Positions 17,038 through 27,045 of a DNA stretch of 64,000 nucleotides are shown here, in pieces; the stretch's first letter is position 1, and every line of letters starts with the position of its first letter. The DNA comes from an uncultured Solirubrobacterales bacterium (GTDB lineage Bacteria > Actinomycetota > Thermoleophilia > Solirubrobacterales > Solirubrobacteraceae), in assembly GCA_963769695.1 (NCBI GenBank), contig CAVYMX010000001.1, positions 297,907 to 361,906 of the forward strand. The letters are read 5' to 3'. The notes beneath the pieces are model-generated. The model was not told where the DNA came from and searched no databases. It saw nothing but the letters and a program-made list of their open reading frames with translations. Both the position numbers and the translations under genes were made by a program.

Positions 17038-19686
17038 ATGACCTCGGACGAGATCAGGCAGACATTCATTGACTTCTTCGTGCAGCGCGACCACAGGCGG
17101 CTGCCCTCGGGCCCGCTGATCCCGGCGGAGCTCGACCCTTCGGCACTGTTCACGGTTGCTGGTATGCATCCTCTGAAGCCCTACTTCCTCGGCGCCGAGC
17201 GACCGCCGTATCCGCGCGTCACCACGTGCCAGAAAACCTTCCGCACGGCGGATATCGAGATCATCGGCACAACAACGCGCCATCTGACGTTCTTCGAAAT
17301 GCTCGGGAATTTTTCGTTTGGCGACTACTTCAAACGTGAAGCGGTGCGCTTTGCGTGGACGTTGTCCCGAGAAGGATTTGGTTTCGCCGAGAAGGATATC
17401 TGGATCACGGTCTTCGCGGGAGACGACGAGCTCGGGATCGGCCCCGATGAGGACGCGATCGAGGCGTGGCTCGAGGTCGGGGTCCCGCGCGAGCGAATCG
17501 TCGAGTGCCCGCGATCGGAGAACTTCTGGCAGGTCGGTCCGACTGGTCCCTGCGGCCCGTGCTCGGAGCTGTATCTCGACCGTGGGGTCGAGTTCGGCAA
17601 GCCGGACGATCTCCCCGGCGGCGATAACGAGCGCTTTATGGAGTACTGGAACCTCGTCTTCATGCAGTTCGACCAGAACCCGGAGGGCGTGCTGACGCCG
17701 TTGCCGGCCCAGAACATCGACACCGGGCTTGGGCTCAACCGGATGGCGGCGATTCTTCAGGACAAGGAGACGGTGTTCGAGACCGACCAGTTCTGGCCCC
17801 TGATCGAGCTCGGCCAGGAACTGTCGGGCCGGCGCTATGGGCAGGACTTCCCGACCGATCGGGCGATGCGGGTGCTTGCTGACCACGGCCGGGCGATGAC
17901 GTTCCTGATCGCCGATGGCGTCGTGCCCTCCAACGAGGACCGCGGCTACGTTCTGCGCCGGATCATGCGCCGGGCGATCCTGCAGGGCCGCACGCTCGAG
18001 CTCGGGCCGGGCTTCCTGGCCCAACTATCCGATCAGGTAACCGAGCTGATGGGCTCCGAGTACCCCGAGCTCCACGAACAGCGGGACTCGATCCACAAGT
18101 GGCTGCACTCGGAGGAGGAGGCGTTCGGCCATACACTCGAGCAGGGGCTGAAGCGGCTCGACGAGCTGATCGCGCGCGCGATCGCGTCCGGGGCGGAGGG
18201 GATCGCGGCGGCTGATGCGTTCCAGCTACACGACACCTACGGCTTCCCGATCGATCTGACGCTGGAGCTCGTGACCGAGCACGGCCTTGGGGTCGACGAG
18301 GACGGGTTCGAGGCGCTGATGGATCAGCAGCGCGAGCGCGCGCGCCGGGGGAGTGGCCGCTTCGCCGGCGGCGAGCAGTTGCGCGAGCGGGCGCTCGCGC
18401 TTGCCGACGAGGCTGGGTTCGAGACCGAGTTCGTCGGCTACGAGACGACCGACAGTGATACGACCGTAGGCGCCGTCGGCGCTGACGACGGGCGGGTCCT
18501 GGTGAAACTCGTCGAGTCTCCGTTCTACGCCACCGGCGGTGGCCAGGTGGCGGATTCCGGCTACATCGAGTGCTCCGCCGGCGATTGCCGCGCGCGTGTG
18601 GAGGACGTGCTGCGGCTCGGGGACGACCAGGTCGTGGCAGTCGTGCCCGAGCGCGGCGCGATCGAAGCCGGCGAGCGGATTCATGCGCACGTGGACCGCC
18701 TCGCCCGCCACGCCACGGAGTGCAACCACACGGCTACCCATCTGCTGCATGCGGCGCTACGCAGACGGCTCGGCTCGCACGTGCGGCAGGCCGGTTCCTA
18801 CGTGGGGCCCGACAAGCTGCGGTTCGACTTCACCCACACCTCTGCGCTGACAGGAGAGGAGCTGCGCGATGTGGAGGACGCGGTCAACCGCTGGATCGTC
18901 GAGGCCCATCCTGTGCGGGCGCTGACGACGACGCTCGACGAAGCCCGGCGGTTGGGCGCGATGGCCCTGTTCGGCGAGAAGTACGGCGACGTCGTACGGA
19001 TGGTCGAGGTCGGCGACGGTTCGTTCTCGCGCGAGCTGTGCGGTGGAACCCACGTCCGCAACACAGCCGAGATCGCGCTGTTGAAGGTGAGTAGCGAGAC
19101 TTCCAGCGCCGCCAATGTGCGGCGGATCGAGGCCGTCACCGGACCGGCCGTCGTGGACCTCGTTCGCCGCCACGATCGGGCGCTGGCGAGCGCTGGGCGC
19201 GAGTTGCGAGTGCCACCGGAAGTCGTGCCTGAGACCGTGTCCGATCTCCGGGCTCGGATCAGCGAACTCGAGCGAGCCGTCCGCAGCGGCGCCGGCGGCA
19301 ATAGCGCCGTCGACGTCGAGGCGCTTGCGGCAGCCGCGGTCGAAATCGATGGGGCGCTCGTGGTCGTGGCGGTGGTGCAAGCGCTCGACGGCAAGGCGCT
19401 GATCGACCTAGCCGACCAGCTCAAATCGAAGCTCGGCGACGCCGCGATCGTGCTTGGCCGCGCTGGTGAGGACCGAGTCGATCTGGTTGCCGTCGTCGCG
19501 CCTTCGCTGGTGGCGCGGGGGGTGAAAGCGGGCGAGATCGTCAAGGCGGCCGCCACGGTGGTCGGCGGGGGCGGCGGCGGCCGCGACACCCTCGCGCGCG
19601 CGGGCGGCAAGGACACCGCCAAGCTTCCGGCCGCGATCCAGGCCGCACGCGCGGCAATCGAGACTGCACTCGGCGGAAACGATTAG
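17038..19686 (+). CDS. alaS: Alanine--tRNA ligase
   Basis: HLTFFEMLGNFSFGDYFK, IDTGLGLNR, HTATHLLH, ELCGGTH, GGGGG C-terminus. Confidence 0.98.
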   Translation: MTSDEIRQTFIDFFVQRDHRRLPSGPLIPAELDPSALFTVAGMHPLKPYFLGAERPPYPRVTTCQKTFRTADIEIIGTTTRHLTFFEMLGNFSFGDYFKREAVRFAWTLSREGFGFAEKDIWITVFAGDDELGIGPDEDAIEAWLEVGVPRERIVECPRSENFWQVGPTGPCGPCSELYLDRGVEFGKPDDLPGGDNERFMEYWNLVFMQFDQNPEGVLTPLPAQNIDTGLGLNRMAAILQDKETVFETDQFWPLIELGQELSGRRYGQDFPTDRAMRVLADHGRAMTFLIADGVVPSNEDRGYVLRRIMRRAILQGRTLELGPGFLAQLSDQVTELMGSEYPELHEQRDSIHKWLHSEEEAFGHTLEQGLKRLDELIARAIASGAEGIAAADAFQLHDTYGFPIDLTLELVTEHGLGVDEDGFEALMDQQRERARRGSGRFAGGEQLRERALALADEAGFETEFVGYETTDSDTTVGAVGADDGRVLVKLVESPFYATGGGQVADSGYIECSAGDCRARVEDVLRLGDDQVVAVVPERGAIEAGERIHAHVDRLARHATECNHTATHLLHAALRRRLGSHVRQAGSYVGPDKLRFDFTHTSALTGEELRDVEDAVNRWIVEAHPVRALTTTLDEARRLGAMALFGEKYGDVVRMVEVGDGSFSRELCGGTHVRNTAEIALLKVSSETSSAANVRRIEAVTGPAVVDLVRRHDRALASAGRELRVPPEVVPETVSDLRARISELERAVRSGAGGNSAVDVEALAAAAVEIDGALVVVAVVQALDGKALIDLADQLKSKLGDAAIVLGRAGEDRVDLVAVVAPSLVARGVKAGEIVKAAATVVGGGGGGRDTLARAGGKDTAKLPAAIQAARAAIETALGGND

Positions 19687-19690
19687 GGTC

Positions 19691-20095
19691 GTGCGAGTAC
19701 TCGCGCTCGACTACGGCAGCGCCCGCTGCGGATGCGCGGTCAGCGACCCGACCGGGACGATCGCAACCCCGCTCGATCCGGTGTTGCGTCCGGCGAGCAG
19801 GCGCGGTCTCGGCCGGCTGCGGGCGCTCGTGGAGGAGCTAGGCGCCGAGTGCGTGGTCGTTGGGCTGCCGATCTCGCTTTCCGGCCGAGAATCCGCACAG
19901 ACAACGGAGACGCGGGCGTTCGCGAGCGCCTTGGCCGACTCGCTGGCGGTCCCGGTCGAGCTCTACGACGAACGGTTCACGACCCGGATCGCCGCGCGTA
20001 GTCCGGGCCGGGCGAGCGAGGACTCGCGCGCGGCCGCGCACCTGTTGGAGAGCTGGCTGGTCGCTCGCAACGGCTCGGAGGTCGGGCGTGTCTGA
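19691..20095 (+). CDS. ruvX: Holliday junction resolvase-like / pre-16S rRNA nuclease YqgF
   Basis: LALDYG, VVGLP, DERFTT, DSRAA. Follows alaS. Confidence 0.92.
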   Translation: MRVLALDYGSARCGCAVSDPTGTIATPLDPVLRPASRRGLGRLRALVEELGAECVVVGLPISLSGRESAQTTETRAFASALADSLAVPVELYDERFTTRIAARSPGRASEDSRAAAHLLESWLVARNGSEVGRV

Positions 20096-21701
20096 CTGGC
20101 GCGAGCGATCGGCGGACGAGCGGGAGGCGGCCCGGCGCGAGCGCGAGCGCCGACGCGCGTCTCGGAGCGCCGGCCCTGCCCGCCCGGCGACCGGGCCGGG
20201 GCAGGATGAGCCGGCCGAGGCGGTGGAGCCGCCGGTGCCGGGATCGGACGGACACGACGGCGAGTTTGCCAATGCGGGCTTGTACGAGCTCGATCACGAC
20301 CACGACGATCACAACTTCGACGACCCCGACAACGGCAACGAACACGACGCCGACGACCACGACGACGCCGACGACCACCACCCCCACGACGACCACGACC
20401 CCGACGACGACCACGACGCCGACGACGACCACGACCCCCACGACGACCACGACCCCGACGACGACCACGACGGCGACGACCACGAATATGACGACCCCGA
20501 GCTTGACGGCACGGAGCACCCGAGCACTGAGCACGAGGTCGCCTCCGGAACCCGGAGGGTCTCCCGGACGGCTCAGTTGCGGGCGGCGAAGCGGGATGCC
20601 AGAGCCGGCGGCGGCGACCACACACCGCGGCCGGCTCGCGGCGCGAAGGGCCGACATTCCCGCATCGGACGGGTCATCTCGCTGCTCGCGCTGGTCGTTG
20701 CCGCCGCGCTGATCTGGTTTCTGGTGGAGCTGTTTCAGCCGTTCCACGGCGCCGGGCACGGGAGCGTCAAGGTCACGATCCCGCCCGGATCGAGCTCCAA
20801 GCAGGTCGGGAATCTGCTCGCGCAGGATGGCGTGATCTCGTCCGGCTTCTTCTTCGAGCTGCGCGCGACGCTCGCCGGCGAGCGCGGAAGCCTGCGCTCC
20901 GGGACCTACCACCTCCAGCAGGACATGAGCTACGGCGACGTGCTGAAGATCCTCACGACCGCGCCGCCGCCGGTGCCGACCACTCAGCTGACGATCGCCG
21001 AGGGCCACACCCGCCGGCAGATCGCCGCGCTCCTACGAGCACAAGGAATCCACGGCAACTACGTGGCGGCCACCCGCCACTCGAAGCTGCTGAACCCGCG
21101 CAGCTACGGAGCGCCCGCCGATACGCCGTCGCTCGAGGGGTTCCTGTTCCCGGACACCTACCAGCTGGTCAAGCCGGTCAAGATCAATGCGCTGATCAAC
21201 GACCAGCTGGGGACCTTCAAGCAGAAATGGCGGAATGTCAACCTGAGCTACGCACGCAGTCAGCATCTGAGCCCGTATGACGTGTTGATCATCGCCTCGA
21301 TGATCGAGGGCGAGGCCCAGACGACCCACGACCTGGCGCTCGTCTCCTCGGTGATCTACAACCGCCTGCGCACGGACATGCCGCTGGGGATGGACTCGAC
21401 GATCCGCTACTCGACCGGCAACTACTCCACTCCGTTGACCTCGTCCCAGCTGAGCACACCGGGGCCGTACAACACGCGGTTGAACAAGGGTCTGCCTCCG
21501 ACGCCGATCAACAACCCGGGTTTGGCGCAGATCGAGGCCGCCGCCCACCCGGCGCGGACGAACTACGTGTTCTTCATCACCAAGGCGTGCGGGAACGGTT
21601 CGCTCGCGTTCGCCACGACTTACCAGCAGTTCCTGGTTCTGGACCAGCAGTACAACGCCGCTCGCGCCAAGCAGGGCGGCCGCTCGCCGACACATTGCTG
21701 A
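20088..21701 (+). CDS. mltG: Endolytic transglycosylase MltG with His/Asp-rich N-terminal extension
   Basis: LEGFLFPDTY, IIASMIEGE, VIYNRL, YNT..GLPPTPINNPG. Single TM helix. Confidence 0.92.
   Translation: MSDWRERSADEREAARRERERRRASRSAGPARPATGPGQDEPAEAVEPPVPGSDGHDGEFANAGLYELDHDHDDHNFDDPDNGNEHDADDHDDADDHHPHDDHDPDDDHDADDDHDPHDDHDPDDDHDGDDHEYDDPELDGTEHPSTEHEVASGTRRVSRTAQLRAAKRDARAGGGDHTPRPARGAKGRHSRIGRVISLLALVVAAALIWFLVELFQPFHGAGHGSVKVTIPPGSSSKQVGNLLAQDGVISSGFFFELRATLAGERGSLRSGTYHLQQDMSYGDVLKILTTAPPPVPTTQLTIAEGHTRRQIAALLRAQGIHGNYVAATRHSKLLNPRSYGAPADTPSLEGFLFPDTYQLVKPVKINALINDQLGTFKQKWRNVNLSYARSQHLSPYDVLIIASMIEGEAQTTHDLALVSSVIYNRLRTDMPLGMDSTIRYSTGNYSTPLTSSQLSTPGPYNTRLNKGLPPTPINNPGLAQIEAAAHPARTNYVFFITKACGNGSLAFATTYQQFLVLDQQYNAARAKQGGRSPTHC
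20292..20500 (+). repeat. Coding 18-bp tandem repeat (GACGACCACGACCCC[C/G]AC) encoding DDHD(P/A)(D/H)
   Basis: Direct reading within mltG. Confidence 0.85.
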
Positions 21702-22498
21702 GGGCCCGGAACCGCCTCGGCGTGCTCGGCTGGCCGGTCGCCCATAGCCGCTCGCCGGCGATCCAGAACGCGGCGTTGCATGCGGCCGGGTTTCGTGGTT
21801 GGCGCTACCAGCTGCTGCCGGTCCCGCCCGAGCTGTTCGATGAAACCGTACGTGCGCTGCCGGCCGCCGGCTTCCGCGGCGCGAACGTCACGATCCCACA
21901 CAAGCAGGCTGCGCTGCGACTCGCCGGCGAGGCCTCGGCCGGCGCCAGGGCGATCGGGGCGGCTAATACGCTCACGTTCGACGGCGACGGACTGATACGC
22001 GCCGAGAACACCGACGCGCCCGCTCTGATCGCCGCGCTGCCGTTCTCACCGCGCGGCCGGACGGCGCTAGTGCTCGGTGCCGGCGGCAGCGCCCGCGCGG
22101 CAGTCTGGGCGTTGCTCGACGCCGGCGCGTTGGATGTCAGGGTCTGGAATCGCACGCCCGAGCGAGCCGAGCGGCTGTGCGCGGAGCTGGGCGGCACGAT
22201 GGTGAGGGCTGTGGAGCCGGCGGATCTGCTGGTTCACTGCACCTCGACCGGTCTGCGCGACTCGGATTCGACGTTCACGCAGCTGCCGCTCAGGCCGGAG
22301 CAACTGGCCGAATTCGGTTGTGTGGTCGACCTTGTCTACGCCGACGCGGACACGCCGCTCGTGGACAGCGCCCGCAGCCTGGGCGTGCCGGTGATCGACG
22401 GGTTGGCGCTGCTGGTCGGGCAGGGAGCGCTCAGCTTTGAGCTGTTCACCGGGGTTGCCGCCCCCCTCGAGGCGATGCTCGCGGCGCTGCGCGATTGA
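21695..22498 (+). CDS. aroE: Shikimate dehydrogenase
   Basis: HSRSPAIQN, GANVTIPHK, ENTD, GAGGSARA, NRT. Confidence 0.93.
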   Translation: MLRARNRLGVLGWPVAHSRSPAIQNAALHAAGFRGWRYQLLPVPPELFDETVRALPAAGFRGANVTIPHKQAALRLAGEASAGARAIGAANTLTFDGDGLIRAENTDAPALIAALPFSPRGRTALVLGAGGSARAAVWALLDAGALDVRVWNRTPERAERLCAELGGTMVRAVEPADLLVHCTSTGLRDSDSTFTQLPLRPEQLAEFGCVVDLVYADADTPLVDSARSLGVPVIDGLALLVGQGALSFELFTGVAAPLEAMLAALRD

Positions 22499-22556
22499 AC
22501 CTGTTTATCGCGCGGCATGGGTATCGTGGCGGCATGCGGGTGAACTCGGTGGTGCC

Positions 22557-22763
22557 ATGAGCACGGGTACAGAGGACAGTCGCGCCGGCGGCGCGGGCGC
22601 GGACGCGGGTCGAACCGAGTGCACCCCGTGCCGCGGGACGGGCCGCGTGGTCTCGGCTCTGGGCGGCGACCCGCACCAGATCACATGCCCGTGGTGTGGC
22701 GGCGACGGGCGCTTCCACGCGGGCCGCGACGCCCAGCAGTCGGCGGGTGAAGCGGCAGAGTAA
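22557..22763 (+). CDS. Small DnaJ-type zinc-finger protein
   Basis: 68 aa with CTPCRGTG and CPWCGGDG. Confidence 0.7.
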   Translation: MSTGTEDSRAGGAGADAGRTECTPCRGTGRVVSALGGDPHQITCPWCGGDGRFHAGRDAQQSAGEAAE

Positions 22764-22791
22764 CGAGGGCCGCACGTAACCTACAGCGCTG

Positions 22792-23970
22792 ATGGCGCTG
22801 CACCTGATCACCGCCGGCGAGTCCCACGGGCCCGGCCTGACATGCATCATCGAGGGCCTTCCGGCCGGCTTGGAGCTGGAGCGAGAGGCGCTCAACCGCG
22901 ATCTCGCGCGGCGCCAGCTCGGTCACGGCCGCGGCGGGAGGATGAAGATCGAGCGCGACCAGGTGCAGGTCACCGGAGGGGTGAGGCACGGGCGGACGCT
23001 CGGTGGGCCGATCGCGATCGAGATCGTGAACCGCGACTATGCCAACTGGGAGGAGCGGATGAACCCATGGCCGGTCGAGGACCAGGTGCAGGAGGTCCAC
23101 CTGCCGCGACCCGGTCATGCAGACCTCGTCGGAACCCAGAAATTCGGCCTGAGCGACGTTCGCGACATCCTCGAGCGGGCGAGCGCACGCGAGACCGCGG
23201 CGAGAGTCGCTGGAGGGGCTGTTGCGAAGGCCTTCCTCGCGTCGCTCGGCGCCAGCGTCCACTCGCACGTGATCCAGATCACCGGGGTCAAGGCCCCCCG
23301 CCGCGACGATCTCCGGCCCGAGGACTTCGACGGGGTCGACGACTCTCCCGTCCGCTGCCTGGATCCGGAGGCGACGCGGGCGATGGTCGCCGAGATCGAC
23401 CGGCTGCGCAAGGCCAACGAGTCGCTCGGCGGAGTGTTCGAGGTGCGGGCGTTCGGGCTCGTGCCGGGCCTCGGTTCGCACGTCTCCTGGGAGCGGCGGC
23501 TCGACGGGCGGCTGGGGCAGGCGATCCTGTCGATCCAGGCGATCAAGGCGGTCGCGATCGGGGACGGGCTCGAGGTCGCCGGCTTGCCGGGCTCACAGGC
23601 GCATGACGAGATCTTCTATGACGACGCCGACGGCTACTACCGATTGACGAACCGCGCCGGTGGACTCGAGGGCGGCATGACGACCGGCTCGCCGCTCGTG
23701 GTGCGGGGATCGATGAAGCCGCTGCCGACGCTGACCAAGCCGCTGCGCTCGGTCGACATCGCCACCCACGAGCCGGCGCAGGCGCTGCGCGAGCGGACCG
23801 ACTCGTGCACCGTTCCCGCCGCGGGCGTCGTGGGAGAGGCGATGGTCGCGTTCGTGCTCGCCGACGCCTATCGGCAGAAGTTCGGCGGCGATCACATCGA
23901 CGACGTGCGCGGGGCGCTGCGCGCGTACGAGGAGCGGATTGGGTGGCGGCGGTCGCATGAGCCCGCCTGA
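22792..23970 (+). CDS. aroC: Chorismate synthase
   Basis: TAGESHG, PRPGHAD, ERASARETAARVA, GGLEGG. Confidence 0.97.
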   Translation: MALHLITAGESHGPGLTCIIEGLPAGLELEREALNRDLARRQLGHGRGGRMKIERDQVQVTGGVRHGRTLGGPIAIEIVNRDYANWEERMNPWPVEDQVQEVHLPRPGHADLVGTQKFGLSDVRDILERASARETAARVAGGAVAKAFLASLGASVHSHVIQITGVKAPRRDDLRPEDFDGVDDSPVRCLDPEATRAMVAEIDRLRKANESLGGVFEVRAFGLVPGLGSHVSWERRLDGRLGQAILSIQAIKAVAIGDGLEVAGLPGSQAHDEIFYDDADGYYRLTNRAGGLEGGMTTGSPLVVRGSMKPLPTLTKPLRSVDIATHEPAQALRERTDSCTVPAAGVVGEAMVAFVLADAYRQKFGGDHIDDVRGALRAYEERIGWRRSHEPA

Positions 23971-25481
23971 GGGCCACGTCGTCTGCATCGGCTTCATGGG
24001 CGCCGGCAAGTCGACGGCCGCGCGCAACGCGGCCGAGGCCCTCGGCGCAGAGGCGATTGACGTCGACACGGTGATCGAGGAGCGGCTGGGCAAGCCGATC
24101 GAGCGGATCTTCGCGCAGGACGGTGAGGGCTCGTTCCGCGCGGCCGAGGAGCGGATCACGCTCGAGCTGCTGGGGTCGACTGACGGGCGCGTGCTCTCCC
24201 TCGGTGGCGGGGCGGTCACTTCGGCGGCGATTCGCAGCGCGCTCGAGCGCCATCGCGTGATCTGGCTCGACGTCGACGTCGACACCGCGTGGGCGCGGTG
24301 CGAGGGCAGCGGCCGTCCGCTGGCGCAGGACCGAGCGAGCTTCAGCCGGCGCCACAGTGAGCGCGAGCCGCTGTACGCCTCGCTCGCGGATGCGATCGTC
24401 CCGGCCCAGCGCTCGGGCGCTATGAAACCCGTGCTCGACGCGCTGCAAACCAGCGCGAAGGGCACCAAGATGCTGTGGGCGGCGAGCGCCTCGGCCGACT
24501 ATCCGGCCTACATCGGCGCTGGCGCACTCAATCAGTGGCCGATCGCCGTTCCCGGCCGGCGCTTCCTCGTCACCGATGGCCACGTCGGACGGCTCTATGC
24601 CGACGCGCTCGAGCCGCTGGACGGGCGGATCGTGATCATGCCCGGCGAGCAATCGAAGACCGTGGCGCACGCCGAGATCGTTTGGACCGAGCTCGTGCGC
24701 GCGGGAGTGACCCGCGAGGACGTGATCATCGCGCTCGGAGGCGGGGTGGTCGGGGACCTGGCGGGGTTCTGCGCTGCCACCTACCAGCGCGGAGTGCGCT
24801 ACGTCCAGGTGCCCACGAGTCTGGTAGCTCAGGTCGACTCCGCCTATGGCGGCAAGACCGGAGTCGATCTCGCCGAGGCGAAGAACTACGTCGGCGTCTA
24901 TCACCAGCCCGCGGCGGTGATCGCCGACACCACCACCCTGACGACCCTTCCGGATGCAGAGCTTGCGGCCGGCTACGCCGAGGTGCTCAAGACGGCGCTG
25001 ATCGCCGGTGGCCGACTGTGGGAGCAGATCAGGGCAGGGGCGGATCCGGCGAGCCCGGAGGTGATCACGGCGTGCGCCCTGACGAAGCTCCGAATCGTGG
25101 GCGAGGACGAGCGCGACGCGGGCATCAGGCAGGTTCTGAACCTCGGGCACACGGTCGGCCACGCGATCGAGACCGTGACCGGCTACGCCCGCTACCGGCA
25201 CGGCGAGGCGGTCGGTCTCGGGCTGCTGGCCGCGCTCGACGCTCTCCTCGCAACCCGAGCTGCGGGCCGAGGTCCGCGAGCTGCTGAGCGCACACAACCT
25301 CCCCACCAGCCTCGACGGCGCCGACCCGGACGCGGTCGTGATCGCGACCGCCCGCGACAAGAAGCGAGTGGGGGAGGGCCCGGTCCCGTTCGTCCTGCTC
25401 CCTGCTCCGGGCGAGCCGCAGCGGGGCTGCCAGGTTGAGGCTCGCAAGCTGATCGCAGCCGTGAGAGAGTTAGCGGCGTAA
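23957..25481 (+). CDS. aroB: Bifunctional shikimate kinase / 3-dehydroquinate synthase (AroK-AroB), +1 frameshift near 25238
   Basis: GFMGAGKS P-loop, GGGVVGD, DSAYGGKT, LNLGHTVGHAIE, HGEAV. C-terminal RDKKR continues in another frame to TAA at 25481. Confidence 0.9.
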
Positions 25482-25485
25482 GCCG

Positions 25486-25926
25486 ATGCGCAACCGGATC
25501 GAAGTCATGCACGGGGTCAATCTCGACCAGCTGCTGCGCCGCAATCCCGCCCATTACGGGGGTGTCGGCCTCGACGAGCTCGAGCGTCGGATTGCAGCCA
25601 CGGCGGGCGAGCTCGGGCTGGAGACACGGTTCTTTCAGAGCAACCATGAGGGGGAGTTCGTTGAGCACTTGCACCGGCTCGAGGGGATGGCCGACGGGCT
25701 GATCCTCAATCCGGGCGCCTGGACCCACTATTCGTACGCGATCAGGGATGCGCTCGAGTTGACCGGACTGCCGGCGGTCGAGATCCATTTGTCAGATGTG
25801 GACGCTCGCGAGGAGTGGCGGCGCAAGTCCGTGATCAGGGATCTGTGTATCGCGCGCGTCGCCGGCAAGGGACCCGATGGATACCGCGAGGCGCTCGAGA
25901 GCTTGCACGAGGAGCTCGCGGCATGA
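25486..25926 (+). CDS. aroQ: Type II 3-dehydroquinate dehydratase
   Basis: HGVNL, QSNHEG, NPGAWTHYS, EIHLSD. Confidence 0.95.
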   Translation: MRNRIEVMHGVNLDQLLRRNPAHYGGVGLDELERRIAATAGELGLETRFFQSNHEGEFVEHLHRLEGMADGLILNPGAWTHYSYAIRDALELTGLPAVEIHLSDVDAREEWRRKSVIRDLCIARVAGKGPDGYREALESLHEELAA

Positions 25927-26996
25927 GCGGACGGGCGCAGCGGCTAGTCGACCTGCTGCCCGGCGCGGGGATCGATCTGCTGCTCGTCACCAACCTGGTC
26001 AACGTCCGCTACCTGACGGGCTACACCGGCTCGAACGGGATTGCGCTGATCGGGCCGGACGCGCGGATCTTCTACACGGACTTTCGGTACATCGAGCGCG
26101 CGGCCATCGAGGTCGATCCGTCGTTCGACCGCCGACGGGCGTCGCAGGATCTGCTCGATGCGGTTCCCGACGCGCTGTCCGGTGAGACCGTGCGGCTCGG
26201 GTTTGAGGACGCCCACGTGTCTGTGCGCCAGCACGCCCGGCTGCGCGAGCTGCTTGGTGGCCGGGCTGAGCTGGTGCCCGCCGGCAACCTGGTCGAAATA
26301 ATGCGGGCGGTCAAGGAACCTGAGGAGGTCGCGCGGATCCGCGCCGCCACCGCGCTCGCTGACGCCGCCTTCAGGCAGCTGCTCGAGCAGGGCATCGCTT
26401 CTCGCACCGAGCGCGAGGTGGCGCTGGTGCTCGAATGGCAGCTGCGGACCGCCGGCGCACAGCGACCCAGCTTCGCCCCGATCGTCGCCGCCGGGCCGAG
26501 TGGAGCGCTCCCGCACGTCGAGCCGCGCGACGTGGTGATCGGGCGTGGGGAGCTGGTGGTGATCGATTGGGGCGCCGAGCTCGACGGCTACTGCTCCGAC
26601 TGCACCCGGACGGTCTCGACCGGCGAGCCGGGGGAGGAGGCGAGACAGGTCTACGAGCTCGTGCTCGAGGCGCAGCTCGCGGGCCTGGGAGCGGTGAGCG
26701 CCGGCGCGAACGGGCGGGAGGTCGATGCGGTCGCCCGCCGCGTGATCGAAGCCGGTGGCCACGGCGAGCACTTCGGCCACGGTCTCGGCCACGGCGTCGG
26801 TCTCGAAATCCACGAGGCGCCGCGCCTTTCGCAGCGCTCCGCCGATGACCTGGCGGCGGGTAACGTCGTCTCGGTCGAACCGGGCATCTACCTGCCCGGG
26901 CGGTTCGGGGTGCGGATCGAGGACCTGGTGGTCGTCACCGACGATGGCTGCGATGTGCTCACCTTGGTGCCCAAGGAGCTGATCGTCACGCAGTGA
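25923..26996 (+). CDS. pepQ: M24 family Xaa-Pro peptidase
   Basis: YCSDCTRT, HGLGHGVGLEIHE, VEPGIY, GVRIED. Confidence 0.9.
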   Translation: MSGRAQRLVDLLPGAGIDLLLVTNLVNVRYLTGYTGSNGIALIGPDARIFYTDFRYIERAAIEVDPSFDRRRASQDLLDAVPDALSGETVRLGFEDAHVSVRQHARLRELLGGRAELVPAGNLVEIMRAVKEPEEVARIRAATALADAAFRQLLEQGIASRTEREVALVLEWQLRTAGAQRPSFAPIVAAGPSGALPHVEPRDVVIGRGELVVIDWGAELDGYCSDCTRTVSTGEPGEEARQVYELVLEAQLAGLGAVSAGANGREVDAVARRVIEAGGHGEHFGHGLGHGVGLEIHEAPRLSQRSADDLAAGNVVSVEPGIYLPGRFGVRIEDLVVVTDDGCDVLTLVPKELIVTQ

Positions 26997-27045
26997 ACGT
27001 CGCGTTGCAACGCGCAACTCGCCCGGGGTGCAGGTGTTTCGGTGA

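Noticed and set aside
20206-20712. Thr-rich mucin-like ORF and Val-rich antisense ORF
   Set aside because: Alternative frames of the mltG His/Asp repeat
25230-25250. Programmed ribosomal frameshift in aroB
   Set aside because: No slippery sequence. A sequencing indel is simpler given several similar indels.
23543-25447. Long antisense ORFs (634 aa here, similar ones at 32904-34625 and 43885-45276)
   Set aside because: Shadow ORFs opposite well-supported genes, expected at high GC
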